From contig OZ234493.1 in assembly GCA_965153455.1 (NCBI GenBank), positions 32,912,213-32,976,212 on the forward strand: a stretch of DNA of 64,000 bases. Direction: 5' to 3'. Under the pieces are notes generated by a model. It did no database searches, was not told the DNA's origin, and saw only the letters and a list, made by a program, of their open reading frames with translations. The stretch's first letter is position 1. Each line of letters opens with the position of its first letter. Origin of the DNA: Sphagnum compactum. Lineage: Eukaryota. A program made the translations under genes and the position numbers. Shown here piece by piece: positions 14,253-27,350 of this stretch.

Positions 14253-15339
14253 AATGGTTTAAGGGAGAAGCAGCTACAATTCTGGGATTACAACAAACCC
14301 TATATTCGACATGTGCCAAGACAAAGAAAGAGACATAAGCGAGGAACAGGAAAAGGACAAAATCACTTCCTACACAAGAATAATGAGCGAGAAGAAGAAG
14401 AAGAAGATGATGATGATTATGGAGATGTTTTTACCCTACACAAGTCGTTAAACTTGTGAATAGTAGCTAACCCGTGTGACTCACTAGGGCCGCAAAGAAT
14501 CTTGTGGGGAAAGTTGTGAGAAAAAAGGACCCATAGAAATGCATCTAATGAGAAGCCTTCGCCCCTAGGTCCCCCCCTTCCTCCTCCTCCTCCTCCCTCC
14601 CAATTTGCATCATGGAAGGTGTGCATAATGAACGAGTGCTGGTAGCATCTCACTATCTGGTATTTGGAAGCCATGAAATGCCTCCTTTGTGGAATCAAAA
14701 TTTCCCCCATCCTTTAATGGTGACAAATAGTTTTAGAAATACAAATTTCATGTGGTTTGATGATGACATGATTCATCACGCACACAAGGGGGTAAACCCA
14801 TCCTTGGGTGGTACCACTAGGAACCACCTAGCCAAGAAGTTCAAGAAAGTTTGGCCTCATTTTCTTTTCAGAAAAGATAGTTTGTTTTTATTTAATCTTT
14901 GTTTTCCTATTGGCCAATACCTCATCACCTTTCTTTCATGAGGTCTAGCATAGTAACTATGTTTCTTCCTGCTACATTAGGTGGAGTTTGTTTTTCAAGT
15001 TTAAACCTACATTGGAATTGTTGCTTTGTAAATTGTGCTTCTCTTCTTGCACATGTAGCAAGAAATTAGAAAATGATGTGGTAGCTATTTTTTTCTTTCT
15101 CACAAAATTATCCTCTTTGTGTTTGAGTTCATGTGATTTTGACAACATCGATTTACATAGTGTACATTCATGTGCTTGAAGCTTGGCCACGCTTGAAGCT
15201 CAATCATTTTGATATACCTTTTGATAGTATAGAAGAGGTAGATATCAAAAAATACAATTTTTTGGTTTTCACATTTTGTTTTTACCAATGTTCCTTTTGT
15301 TTTGACATTTTACAATTCTTATTTTTCTTGAATTGCAAG

Positions 15340-16908
15340 GGCAATTTGAGGGTTCAAATGAAGAGCTTGACCTACAATACTTCAATGATGTCCAAGGATT
15401 ACGAGGGACTGGCAAAGACTTCAAAATCGTGACAAACATAGATGTGTCCCAAGAAGACATATGTGCCTTATTTGGACCAAGATTTGATAAGAATGGGTGG
15501 AAATACAAATTGCAAACTACTGTTGAGTTTCAAGGCATCATCAAGAGCTTGTACACTTGTGTTTTTAAGAAATCTCATGTTCTTAATGAAACATTGTTGC
15601 TAGAATTTGCACGTGGAGTAGTCACGAAAAACAAAAGGATCTAGGTGAATTGGGCTACTTATGCATATCTAGTGTACAAGAGACAACAAACTTTGGAGAA
15701 ATCAAAGAAAGCAAGACAAAATAATTTTGTGAGGCTTCAAGAATTTTCGCAACAAACACTAGGTTCAAATCATCTTTCTGTTCATTTTGTGCCTCCTTCA
15801 ACTCCAGGTTCAGCTATGTTAGGGAACTCCTTAGCTACAAGCTTAGGTCAAGTTGTTGTTTTTTCATTCTGCCCCCCTACCAAGCTTGAGTAGTGGCACA
15901 CTTGCTATTCCTAGCACTTCAAGTTTCTTGAAATGAATCCCTTAGCTTCCTTCAAGCTTGGCACCACATAACCAACACATCATGTGGACTTCAAAATTAA
16001 AGCATGAAGGTTTAGTGTCGAAAAGAGTTGCTACATCCATGAAATTTGCACTTTTGCCAACCGCACCACAATTGGTGATTCCCAATAGCATTATTAAAGT
16101 TGTGCATGACCTATGTATCGAGAAGCAACGTAACTTTTTTGTTATGAAGCAACGTTTAAAAGAGCTTGTGGTGGAAAAGGAACAAAAGGAGTTTTAGCAT
16201 CAACAAGCTGTCCATGCCCAAGTTAAGGTGGACTTTGAAAAGGTTAAGGATGATCTTGATGTTGCCTAGTTCGATATGCAAGAGTTTTCTAAAAACTTTG
16301 TTTGTACAGATGGTGTGCTTGTTTAGTCAGTTGATAGCAAAATAAAACATGAGCAAGCTTCTAGGGTTTTGAATTTACAAGAACAACTTCATTTTGAAGA
16401 GAGGAATTGTATGTAAGTAGAATCAAAATTAATGTATGTAGAGTCAAATTGCCAATCTCATGAGGAAACCCTAATTTCTTGTGAGAGCACATATACTAAA
16501 CACCTTGAGGATTAGATTATCCTTGAGAAATTGCAAACTTTGATTGTTAGATACTGGTCTCAATTGAAGTCAGGTTTTTTTCCTTTCACATGTTTAGTTC
16601 CTATATCTAAGCCTATAATTTTTTTTAAAAAAGGTGTCATTCATGTTCAAGATTGCCCTATTTGCAATGAAAATTTTCATTGCAATGATATATGTGTGGC
16701 TTCATGCGGTCATTGTTACCATCCTTGGTGTTTATCTATGCAATGCACCTCTTCAATCAAATGTAAGTTGAAAGGATGTGAGCAAGAGTTCGATCCAACT
16801 TGGAGGTTATCATTTGGGTTTTTTGATAAAATCCAAAATGAAACAAATCAACTAGCCTTACGAGTGGACGCAACACTATTTACTAGGATTTCAAGTAAGC
16901 ATTCTTAA
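15340..16908 (+). pseudogene. Disrupted gene for a coiled-coil + RING-finger protein
   Basis: Chain of ORF pieces (15333-15644, 15645-15893, 15958-16197, 16531-16908) broken by stops and frameshifts. The last piece has CPICNENF..SCGHCYHPWC..CKLKGC, a RING-H2-like ligand pattern, preceded by a Lys/Glu/Gln-rich coiled-coil-like stretch. Confidence 0.7.
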
Positions 16909-17480
16909 GCCTTGCCTCATTTTTTCTTTTGGATAACCATTTGTTGTGAAGTAGAGGCATATTTTTTTAATTATGGATGATCAAGGAAGTCATTATGTTG
17001 TAAGGACATTGTAGCAACTTTCTTAGGTTCTCCTAATGAAAGTCATGGTTTGCTTTCTAAGTTACATATTTATTAATTTCTTAATGTCCTTTCATTTAAT
17101 TTTAGTTTTAGGAACTAGTTGAAATTTTCCAAGAGTTCTAGCTCTGCCCTTGGAAGGAATTATTTTTCTATAATGTTTTACTATGGCATAAACATGAAAG
17201 AACAATGAATATATCTTGATGGAGTCTAGCAGATTTCTTGAAGAGAGGGTACTTTTTGACCTAGGATTTTACATGTAATTCCTACCATTTTTGCAACTAT
17301 TGGTCTTAAGTTCCAAGAAGTCATGACCTTCAGCCCTTGATCTCCCTTTTTTAATTTTGATTAGTCTTGAATTTCAGGAAGCCATTCCCACACAATTCCT
17401 TTCTTTAAAAGAAATGTTTCCTATAACTATTTTTGGGATAAATGTTGGAAAGAACCATCAAGGTTAGCTTTTTAATTTGG

Positions 17481-17985
17481 AGGTTCCTAATTTGATTAAT
17501 TCCTAAGGGAAGTTCTTGATTTGTTCAGCTCCTGAAGTAATTCCTTAGGGAAGTTCTTGATTTCTTTAGCTCCTAAGGTAATTCCTTATGGCAGTTCTTG
17601 ATTTGTTCAACTCTTAAAGTCATTTCTTGATTTGTTTAACTCATGATGTAATTCTTTATGGAAGTTCCTAACTTGTTCAACTTTGAACTAATATTCCTTA
17701 GGGAAAAATTTAAATGGTTTAACTCTTGACGTAATTCCTAATGGAGGTTCTTGACTTTTTGAGCTCCTAAAGTAATTCCTAATGGAGGTTCCTGACTTTT
17801 TGAGCTCCTGAAATAATTCCTGATGGTGTTTCCTGAATTGTTCAATTCCTGAAGTAATTCCTAATTGAGGTTCCTAATTTGTTGAACTCCTAAATTGATT
17901 ATTGATGGAGGTTCCTAAATTGTTCAATTCCTGAAGTAATTCTTATTGGAGATCTAGTTCCTGATTTGTTCAACTCCTGAAATGA
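17481..17985. repeat. ~41-bp minisatellite, about 12 diverged copies
   Basis: Consensus-like GTTC(C/T)TGATTTGTTCA(A/G)CTCCTGAAGTAATTCCT. GTTCTTGAT occurs at 17512, 17553 and 17594. Confidence 0.85.
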
Positions 17986-18879
17986 AAGCATATTAATGAG
18001 ACTACTTGAGTATTTTAGTCTTCAATTCCTTTCATATGCTTTGATTCCTTGTCCTAAATCCTTATAATATATTATTATGATTATTAGAATAGTCTAATCC
18101 TTGATGTTAATGCTCACTTACCATGTGTTTATTATGGGTAGTCACAATTTGGAGCCTCCACCATAGCTAATGACAACCATGATGAGTTACTAGAAGCTCA
18201 ATTTGCTACTATAATCCCACATTGTTCATCTCTTAAAACAAGTGAATTCAAGAGTCTAGTTGGTGGGCAAACAAATCACAACAGTAGCCCAGTCACACAC
18301 ATTAACGTTGCTTCATATGTGCATTCTTCTAGAAAATCCAACAATTCCAAATTTTTGAACACAAGGGAATCATCAAAGAGTTGTGGCAATCTTATACCAT
18401 CAAGTGCAACATCTATAGTTTGTTCAATTTGTTTCAAAAAGGACACGACACATGTTATTTTGGAAGTACAAATTTGTTGTATAATTTTTATTTCCTTCAA
18501 TTAGTTTGGATATTTCTACATTCATCAGTTTTATTGCAATCATGCCAATGATGGACATGAAATAAGAATTATCATATGGAATCATTAATCTAAAAATTGG
18601 ATTTAACTACTAATGTGCATCTACTTTGACCAATAAGTAATTTTGAAATGTCAAGAATTATTTGTAATTTGAATGTACATTTTTGTGAACTAATTTGTTT
18701 CAAGCTAATTTTGAGCCCTAAAAATCTATGATATATTGAAAGGCTGAATTTTGTTGTTGTGTGTTTTAGCCTTGTGGGCATAACAAAATATGTAGCAAGT
18801 GCATACAAGATGTCTTATTATGCCCCACCTGTGATGACCTGATATTTGGTTCCAAGGTTTTGGCCCCTACCACACTTTA

Positions 18880-19154
18880 AGGTTCAAATTCTTTAAGGTG
18901 TACCAAAATCTTGTTATAGTGTCATCATTTTCTATCTTTTTTACCTAGTCCTTTTTTGCCATGTAAAGACACATTTATGGATGATTATGATGAAATCTAT
19001 AATTGGAATGGTCTAAAATATAGTCCTTTTGAAAATTAGGACAACTTTAGACTCATTATTTTTTATGGGGATCAAAATATAAAGTAAAAAATGACTATAG
19101 TAAGGACTAAGCCCTTTTCGTCCGGTGTGGTACACCTTAAAGGATTTTCACCCT
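18880..19154. mobile_element. MITE, possibly PIF/Harbinger-type
   Basis: Imperfect ~26-bp TIRs with a perfect core CTTTAAGGTGTACCA / TGGTACACCTTAAAG. Flanks are TTA and TCA. It appears to interrupt a coding-like stretch. Confidence 0.65.
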
Positions 19155-22100
19155 TCATCTAAAACCAATGGGCCTTGCCCATGCTGTCAATTCAGCAATC
19201 GCCCCACAGGTGAAATGGAAGAAGTCAACAAAATAAAAATAAATCTACAACTACTACTACAAGCCTTGGGATGGAGATTAATGGTTCCAAGGAAACATAT
19301 TTCAATTTCGATGTGAAAGAAACTTCTAATTCAAATGACTCTAGTTTGAATGCGCCAATGGGTCGCCATGAAAGTAGGCCAAGACACGCATCACAAATGG
19401 CACTGAATGCCCTAAATGCTAGTACAAGTAGAAGGACTTTGTCACCTAGTGAAGGATCATTGGCTCTTGAATCTAGTAGCAAAGAACGTGATATTGCAGC
19501 CACCACCTTGAATGATGATCACCCCCAACCTGAATCAATGGAACAACAGCCATCTAGTTCCACCTTCTAAGGTGGGGTGCTAGACAAAAGTAAATGCTGC
19601 AAGCCTACCAGAAATGCAGGTAACTAAAACTCAAGACCCTCCTAGTAATGAGGTGGGATTGTCAAATGGCCCTAAGGATGTTGCTAAAGAAGTTCCTGGA
19701 ATTTCAGAGAAGTTGCCAATTCAAGCCAAAAAAAAGTCCACTGTTCTTCCTAACAACTTACCCAAAAGAATAACAAGAACAAGAGGCCCACCTAAAGACA
19801 TTACACAAATTTGGGCTAATCATGGTGGGCCAAAGGGATCAAACAAAAGCATGGAAGTCATGTGATTATTTTTTGGAAGTCCTTCCAAGACCGAAGGAAA
19901 TTCAACTCCTTAGGGTATGGGTAAAAAACGTACCAAACAAAAATAATTCCTTGAGGTATGTACATTCCTACTTTCCTTTTTAAGTTCATTTAATTTTTCC
20001 TCAATTATTTTGGCATACATTTGCATAAAAATTAATCTAGGAAATGTTTTGATTTCATCTCCCACTATTGGATTTAAATAGATTATTCATTAATTCCTTG
20101 GATATGTGGTTATGTCTAATGTCCGTGGAAGGGAAACAAATACAGCTTTATTCAAGTATTTTTCTAACTTGGGCAAATTGTAGAATATCTACAGCCATGC
20201 CCTGGAGCATTGGGAGATAGAAAAAATTACCAAAATATGCTCGCAATTACATTTCCTGGATCTCCTTGTCCTTCAACTCTTGATCATGAAAATCTTGTGT
20301 GGTCCTTCCACGCGGACAAGCATCGCATCTTCTTCCTTAACAAGCTCTTTATCTTCTTCACTGGGGGCCATCCTTAAGCCATCCACAAAGCAACCCAACC
20401 CTAAGCGGTGAACATGTTCAACGACATCAAAATGCTCTGTAAGGAATAGGATGCATTGTCACCAAAATGGATAGTTAGATTAAACACACTTATTAGCCAT
20501 GTAACTTTTCAACGTCGTACTATAGTTATACATGGGTTTACATGATTCTTTTTTTCCTATGTCTTGACATTTTTTACTCTACTACTTGATGTCATTGGAC
20601 ATATACCTAGGCCTTTTTTTTCATTTCTATCCATTCTAGGCACTAGGTCATGACTTAAAATGGGCATTGAAACAAAAAAAACACAATAAAGTTCATCATT
20701 TTGTTCCTGGGATCAATGCCCCTTTAGGACCTAGAATTCCTGACCTATAAAAATTGATTAAAAAAAGGTGGTTGATTCAATCCATTTTTATTACACAAAT
20801 AAGAAAGAGGACCATTTTAGGTCCCCCTAAAAATTAAATGCCCCCCAAAATATTGAATATTTTTGTTCCTAAGTTGTTCTTGAAAAAAATAACCCTAAGT
20901 GTTATGTTCCTGATTTTTTTCCTTTGACCAACCCTTATGACTATTAAGTTTATTTTTTTTGTACATCTCATGGAAGATTCAAATAATATGTGAATTTAGC
21001 TATTTTTTCATACAAAATTTGGATTGAAAAGCTTTTGTTAAATGAGTCTTATGTTGTCCTGAAATTGGAGGGGTTTAGAAATATTGAGGCGTGATGTTCC
21101 TAGTGGTACCACCCAAGGATGGGTTTGCCCTACATTTGAATCATTTCCTCCATTAGTTTGATTTACTACCTTGTGTTCATTTGTTGCACTATTTTGCTTT
21201 ACTACCTTATAGAATGCCACTGTTTTATTTCCATTTTTAGCCATGTTTTCAATTACTACTGATTTCAACTATTGAACTAGATTGTAACTATGCCTTATTT
21301 GCATTTATATCTCATTCTCACCAACACGGTGTGATTATTTGAAACAGGGTTCACAAAAAAAGTCAACCAGAGGGTAGATGCATGGTGTGGTGGTTCACTT
21401 TTGGTGTCACATTGATGATTTTTGTAGGGTGTTCCTTGTTTCAATGCCTACAATGCATATTATATCCCTAAATTTGGCAATTGAAATTTAGGATAATAAT
21501 AGCAACAAAATTATGAAAACACCTATGTAATTATTTTCTCATAAAAATACACCTATAAATACTAATGAACTTTTGAAGTTTGAAAATGTGGATTGGTCAT
21601 TTGAACTGGATACTAAAAGATTGAAATTTTCATATCAATTTTCATTCCAAATTATATGTAGTGAGTCAATGTAATAGTTACTATGAAATAATCTATTCAT
21701 ATACGTAGCATATCCCTTGAAAAGTTTGGCCAAAAAATAACTGTAGACTTTTGAATCGTTTGAATTGACCCTATTTTTCATAAGTCCATATGAAAGGCAA
21801 TTTTTATTGTTTTCCTAATTTTTTTTCAAAGTTGCATATTTTTTTCAACCTTTAATTGGGCTTTTATTGCAATGGACTTTTCTTTCAAGATTTCTAGATG
21901 TAGCCACATGTCAGATGACATCATCAACTTCGTTTATAGGGTTTACGTTAGGCTTTCAAGTAGGCTTTGAAATGGAAACAATGGGCGAGAAAGCAAAGGA
22001 AAACATGAAGTTTGTAATTTTCTAGGGTCCTATCTATTACATTCATCGGTAACAGTAGAGACAAGGAATGACGGTAGGGGTGATTAGGAAAGGTCCATTG

Positions 22101-22789
22101 TAAAGGGCAAAGGATGCTGAATGTCAACAACGTTGTTGAACTCGACAATGAGAAGCTCATAAACAACTACCAAGCGAAATAAGGTCCTTTAGAATGCTCA
22201 AGATTTGATTGCATCATATTATAAGGTCAATAGGGCATCACAAGTTATATTTCAAACTATTGCTTCAACCTTGTCATGTTTTCCTACTGATGTCGAAAAG
22301 GATTCGGTGATGCATAAGGTTTGGACAAACCCCATTTCTCGTGCGTATGTTTTGAGTTGAGATGATTATTCTTTCAAGGATGGAGTTGTTGCATGAAAGT
22401 TTATGTCTGGGTTAATCCGCTCCTTATCAGAAGTAAAACGATCAAGTACTTTAGCCAAGTTAGCTATGAAGATGCCATATTGACAATCGTTATGAGTTGA
22501 AACTCCAACACCTCGCTAGGCAGAAAACTTGTTTATTAAACATGCATCCTCAAAATGTTGCCATGGTTGTTGAACGCAAGAAGATGATGAGTTCAATAAT
22601 AAAGTTTCTTTGGTCATTGTTAGTGTTTAAGGAAAGGTCTGATGTTTTGGCTCCTCAAACCAAAGTAGCAATTTTGGCTTGGTGGAGTTTTCAAACGCGT
22701 ATGAGCCCTAATTGGAAGGAGGTGGTGAGGAGGTGACTAGGAGCACACCTCTATAATGAGATGCCAATGTAGTATTTCATGGAACCATA

Positions 22790-23320
22790 GGTTTGTTTCT
22801 CTGGATTTCAATAGTCTATATCTTTTTGAGATGTTGCATCCTTTCATGCATTTCATGCATTTCAAGAGTCTTAATGACATTCGAAGAGTTCGTTTTGGGA
22901 TATGAATATCTAGTTTGTTTTGAAGAGGCATTTGACTCTTTTGATCAGCTTCTCTTCACCACCAAACTTCTTGTAAGTAGAAGGTTTTAGGGTATTTCTT
23001 GTCATCCTTCTATTGAAACATGTGTAGGACTTCATCGTTCGATTTCCTACATTTATGTGTATGTTTTACTTCTAAAGCAAGTAATTAGGGTTTATATTTC
23101 AAAGAATTAAGATTTGGAACTAGAAGTTTGTTTCTTTAAATCTCAATAGTCTACTTCTATTTTAAATGTTATATCCTTTGATGCATTTCAAAAGTCTCCA
23201 TAACATTTGAAGAGTTCAATCTAGGATATGAAGATCAAGTTTATCTTGAAGAGGCATATGACTCTTCTGATCATCTTTTCTTTCAATGCTAAGCTTCCTT
23301 TAAATACAATGTTCTAGGAT
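22790..23320. repeat. Diverged ~200-bp direct repeat (22790-22990 and 23126-23320)
   Basis: Both copies run GTTTGTTTCT...TCAATAGTCTA...ATGCATTTCAA...TTGAAGAGGCAT.TGACTCTT.TGATCA. Confidence 0.8.
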
Positions 23321-23449
23321 CCTAAGGGTGATCAAACTAAAAATTATGAAACCTAAGTTATATCATTTGATTTTTTGCATAAGTCTATGGACTTCATATT
23401 TGAATAGATATTTTCTTTTTGCCAAGTTAGGTTTGTTGAGATTGTGATG

Positions 23450-26400
23450 GCAACAATGTGTTAAAATGTTCAATGTGCAACATCTACTTCTTGGATTCGA
23501 TGCACCATTATGTGATTTTCTAGGTTTATGTAGACATGTTAAATATAATATAATTGCTTTCTTATTTGATTATATGCACCAACATATGTTTGTTGAAGAC
23601 TTATAATGGACAATTTTTTGCATTTGTGAAGGTGCCAGATATAATGTGGGATGTGTTATGATAAGTGTTCTTTGACTCTATGCACCATTCACTATGAAAA
23701 AAGGGGTGTTTTGCAACTAGCCTTACAACTCAATTTTTGAGTTGCATCAGACATTTGCAACTCACCATATTTATACACTGTGAGTGTTATTGAACAAGTT
23801 GCAAGAGTTACAAGAGTTGCAAGAGTTGCAACTCATCATATATACGGTGCAACTCATTACAACTCAATTATAACTTTGTCGCAACAACTCTTTTTCAACT
23901 ACTATGCAACTCCCCTATGACTACAATCATAATGTCATGTTGATATCATTTTTCACCCATCCATCAAAATTTAACACGTGGCACTATGAGGATATTTCAT
24001 GATTTTTTTAAAATATTGATATCCATCGTCCATTATGATTATTCATTTTAGATGGTTTTAGATTATGACACATGGCATAATCAAAAGTTGCCACGTGGCA
24101 TATTAATTAAAATTTGGAAACAAATATATACGTACCTAGGTAGGGTGGGACATAGCCACAAGTAGGTAAGTTGATATAGCTCTAACCTACCTACTTACCT
24201 ATTTACCTAACTAACTATTTACTTACTATCTAGGTAGGTAGAGAAGTAAGACCTACTTATTTAAGTAGGCAAGTAGGTAGGTAGGAAGGTAGAATACTAG
24301 AAAAGTAGGTGAACTAAAAAGTAGCCACATAAGTTTCTTAATATGTTATGTGTTTTGCTTTTAGGGTTAAGCTTTTATGAGCTCATCCCAACATGGCACA
24401 TGTATTTTAATGTGAGAATGCAAGAGGAGACACCTCCTTTATATAGTTTGTGAAATGAAATATTGAAGACAAAGCATATGAGTTAAATCTTTTAATGGTA
24501 CCCTAGTTACAATTGAGTTATAACTATAAAAAATATATTCCCACATGCTTTTTGTTTGATTTTAATTTTGTAATTATTTTGAAATGTATAATTAATCATT
24601 TGACATAATTATTTGGAATTTAATTATTTTAATTAAATATATGATAAATATTTATCTAAATTGATTATATGAATTAATTAATATAATTTAGATAATTAAT
24701 TAATTATTATTTGAATGAAGTAAATACTAATTAATCAAATTTGATTAATGAATTCATATGAATAGTTTATTATTTAGTTTAATTAATTAATTCATGGTAA
24801 TTAAGTATATTACATATTAATTACTAATTTAAAAATTAGTAACAAATAATTCATTTTGGAATATTAAATAATAAACATGAATTTGAGTAGAAGACATTGA
24901 GGTATATAAAGACATATTCATATGTACACCCTTATAAAATGTTTAATAAAATATACACATTGCTTTTACTTTCAATTCAAAAATAGACTTTCACCTTTCA
25001 TGAAATTCTATGGTTTGACATGCATGTATACAAACATAATATTGTGAATTCCAATGTAGTGAAATATTATTAACACAACAATTGGAAATCAATCACAAAA
25101 AATAGGACTATAATATTTATTACATTACTTAAATTTTAATTATTTAGATAACTATGAAAATGAATTATTTGATTAATTAGTTCAATAAACGAATCGGCTT
25201 ATATCAATGAAGCATTTAATAATCTAGTCTAAAAAAGTTTGAAGTGTATAAACAATGATATTTATATGTACATATTCATAAACATTTTAATACACCATTT
25301 CAATCCAACTAAAGGTTTGCATTTACACTTTCAATGAATTGCATAATTTGTAGATCTTTTAATAATATGAATTGCCACATAGTTGACAACTAATTTTAGA
25401 TAAGTTGAACATTCTAGTTCCAAAATAGTGGACAAATAGTAATTATGTAGTGATACCATAGTGACACATTTAGTTATAACTTAGTTGTAAAATTAGCCGA
25501 TTTAATTGACTCTTACTTACAAACAAGTTGCAAGTTCCAGATGTTATGGACCTTTACTTAACTGTACATGTGCCATGATCATACGCATCAACGTCATATG
25601 CCAGTTGTAAAATAGTTGTTCACTTAGTGTTAAAGCTACACCAATTACAACAGAGTTGAGATTAACCACTTTGTTACAACTTGTGATTATGGTCAAATTA
25701 CGGTTGACTATCACCATATATACTTCGCGTACATATGCTTGTATAAAGCCTAAGTTGCAATTAATGTGCAACTAAATTACAACTATGAAATATTCTGATG
25801 TGGCACTTTAATTATTAATTCATCGTATTTTCGTACTATAGTTGTACCCTAGTTGCACAGTAGTTTCTGTGACGATTTAGTTGCATGCTAATCTAGTCTC
25901 CACAGACTTGATTTTTCATAGTTATTGTACACATAAGGACAACATTGCATTTGTGTTTAGGTCATTGACTTTAAATATGTTTTATGAAAAATTGTGAAAT
26001 GGTGAGGATTGCATAAATGTTTTCATGAATGTTATTTGACTATATGCACCTTTGATTGCATGATGAAGTCTTATAATGGATTCCTTTGGCATTTGTGAAG
26101 GTTAATGAGTTGAAGTGTATCTATGTGAAACATGTTGTGAACTAATGAGGAGTGTAAATATGTTTTGATGATGTATATTTGACTGCATGCACCTTCATGT
26201 GCATGATGAAGACTTATTGTGGATTCATTTGGCTTTTGTGAAAGTCCATGACTTGAAATGTGAACTTCTTTGAAAGATTATGAACTAGTGGGAACTACAA
26301 ATACATCTTGATGAAGTATATTTGACTGTACATGCACTTTTGTATGCATAATAAAGACTTCTAGTGGATTCTGTTGGCATTTGTGAAGGTCAATGACATG

Positions 26401-27350
26401 AATGTGAACTTTTATGAAACATCATGGGAACTCTAGTGAGGATTACAATATGTTTTGATGAAGTATATTTGATTGTACATGCACTTTTGTATGCATAATG
26501 AAGACTTATAGTGGATTATGTTGGCATTTGTGAAGGTTAATGACATGAATGTGAACTTTTATGAAACATCATGGGAATTCTAGTGAGGATTACAATATGT
26601 TTTGATGAAGTCTATTTGATTGTACATGCACTGTTGTATGCAGAATGAAGACTTACATTGGATTCTGTTGGCATTTGTACGTGAAGGTCAATTACTTGGC
26701 ATGTCAACATCTATGAAACATTGGAAACTAATGAGTAGTTCAAGTATGTTTAAAGATGATATATATTTGATTATACGTTCCATTGTATGCATTATGAGGA
26801 CTTATAGTGGACTATTTTGGCATTTGTGAAGGTCAATGACAAGTGAAAGACAAAATTTTAAAATTTGGAATGTATGAACCATTGTTGACATAAAAGGATT
26901 AAAAATTTGTTTATAATGGTATGAATATTATTTGATTTTATGCAACTTTGTATGCATGATGAGGACTTACAATGGATTGTTTAAACATTTGTGACTATCA
27001 ATGACATTAGACCAAAATTATTACTGTGGTTTCTATGGACCAAATTGTAACTTATGAGCATTGCAAATGTGTTACAATGAGTAAACTATAAACTTATGGG
27101 GATTACAAATGTGGTATGTAATGAATATTGTACATGACCCATGATTATAATCCTCACTGGATTTGTATACTGAACATTTTTAATATGTGTGGATGTCAAA
27201 TACGTGCTTAAGTTTGTGTTTCTGTGAATTCCATTGAAAACTACAAATGTATCATGCATCATCATGTTTTTTTATTCTATGCACCATTGTGTGGTTAAAG
27301 AGGATTTAAATTGAATAGTTTTTTGACATTTCTAAAGGTTGAATACATGA
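23450..27350. repeat. ~145-bp tandem array (8 or more diverged units) split by a CACTA insertion
   Basis: GATGA(A/T)GT.TATTTGA anchor at 26167, 26310, 26457 and 26604 (143, 147, 147 bp). Similar units lie at 23450-23689, left of the CACTA. Confidence 0.85.
23690..25923. mobile_element. Non-autonomous CACTA (En/Spm) element, 2.2 kb
   Basis: Left end CACTATGAAAAA, right end TTTTTCATAGTT (last base mutated). 3-bp TSD ATT at 23687-23689 and 25924-25926. Subterminal TTGCAACT/AGTTGCAA repeats and an AT-rich non-coding core. Confidence 0.88.

Larger units (their letters stand above)
14790..21130. mobile_element. Putative 6.3-kb non-autonomous TIR element carrying gene fragments
   Basis: AAACCCATCCTTGGGTGGTACCACTAGGAAC at 14794-14824 is the exact reverse complement of 21096-21126. 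It extends to 34/35 matches over 14790-14824 and 21096-21130. No matching TSD and no transposase seen. Confidence 0.6.
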
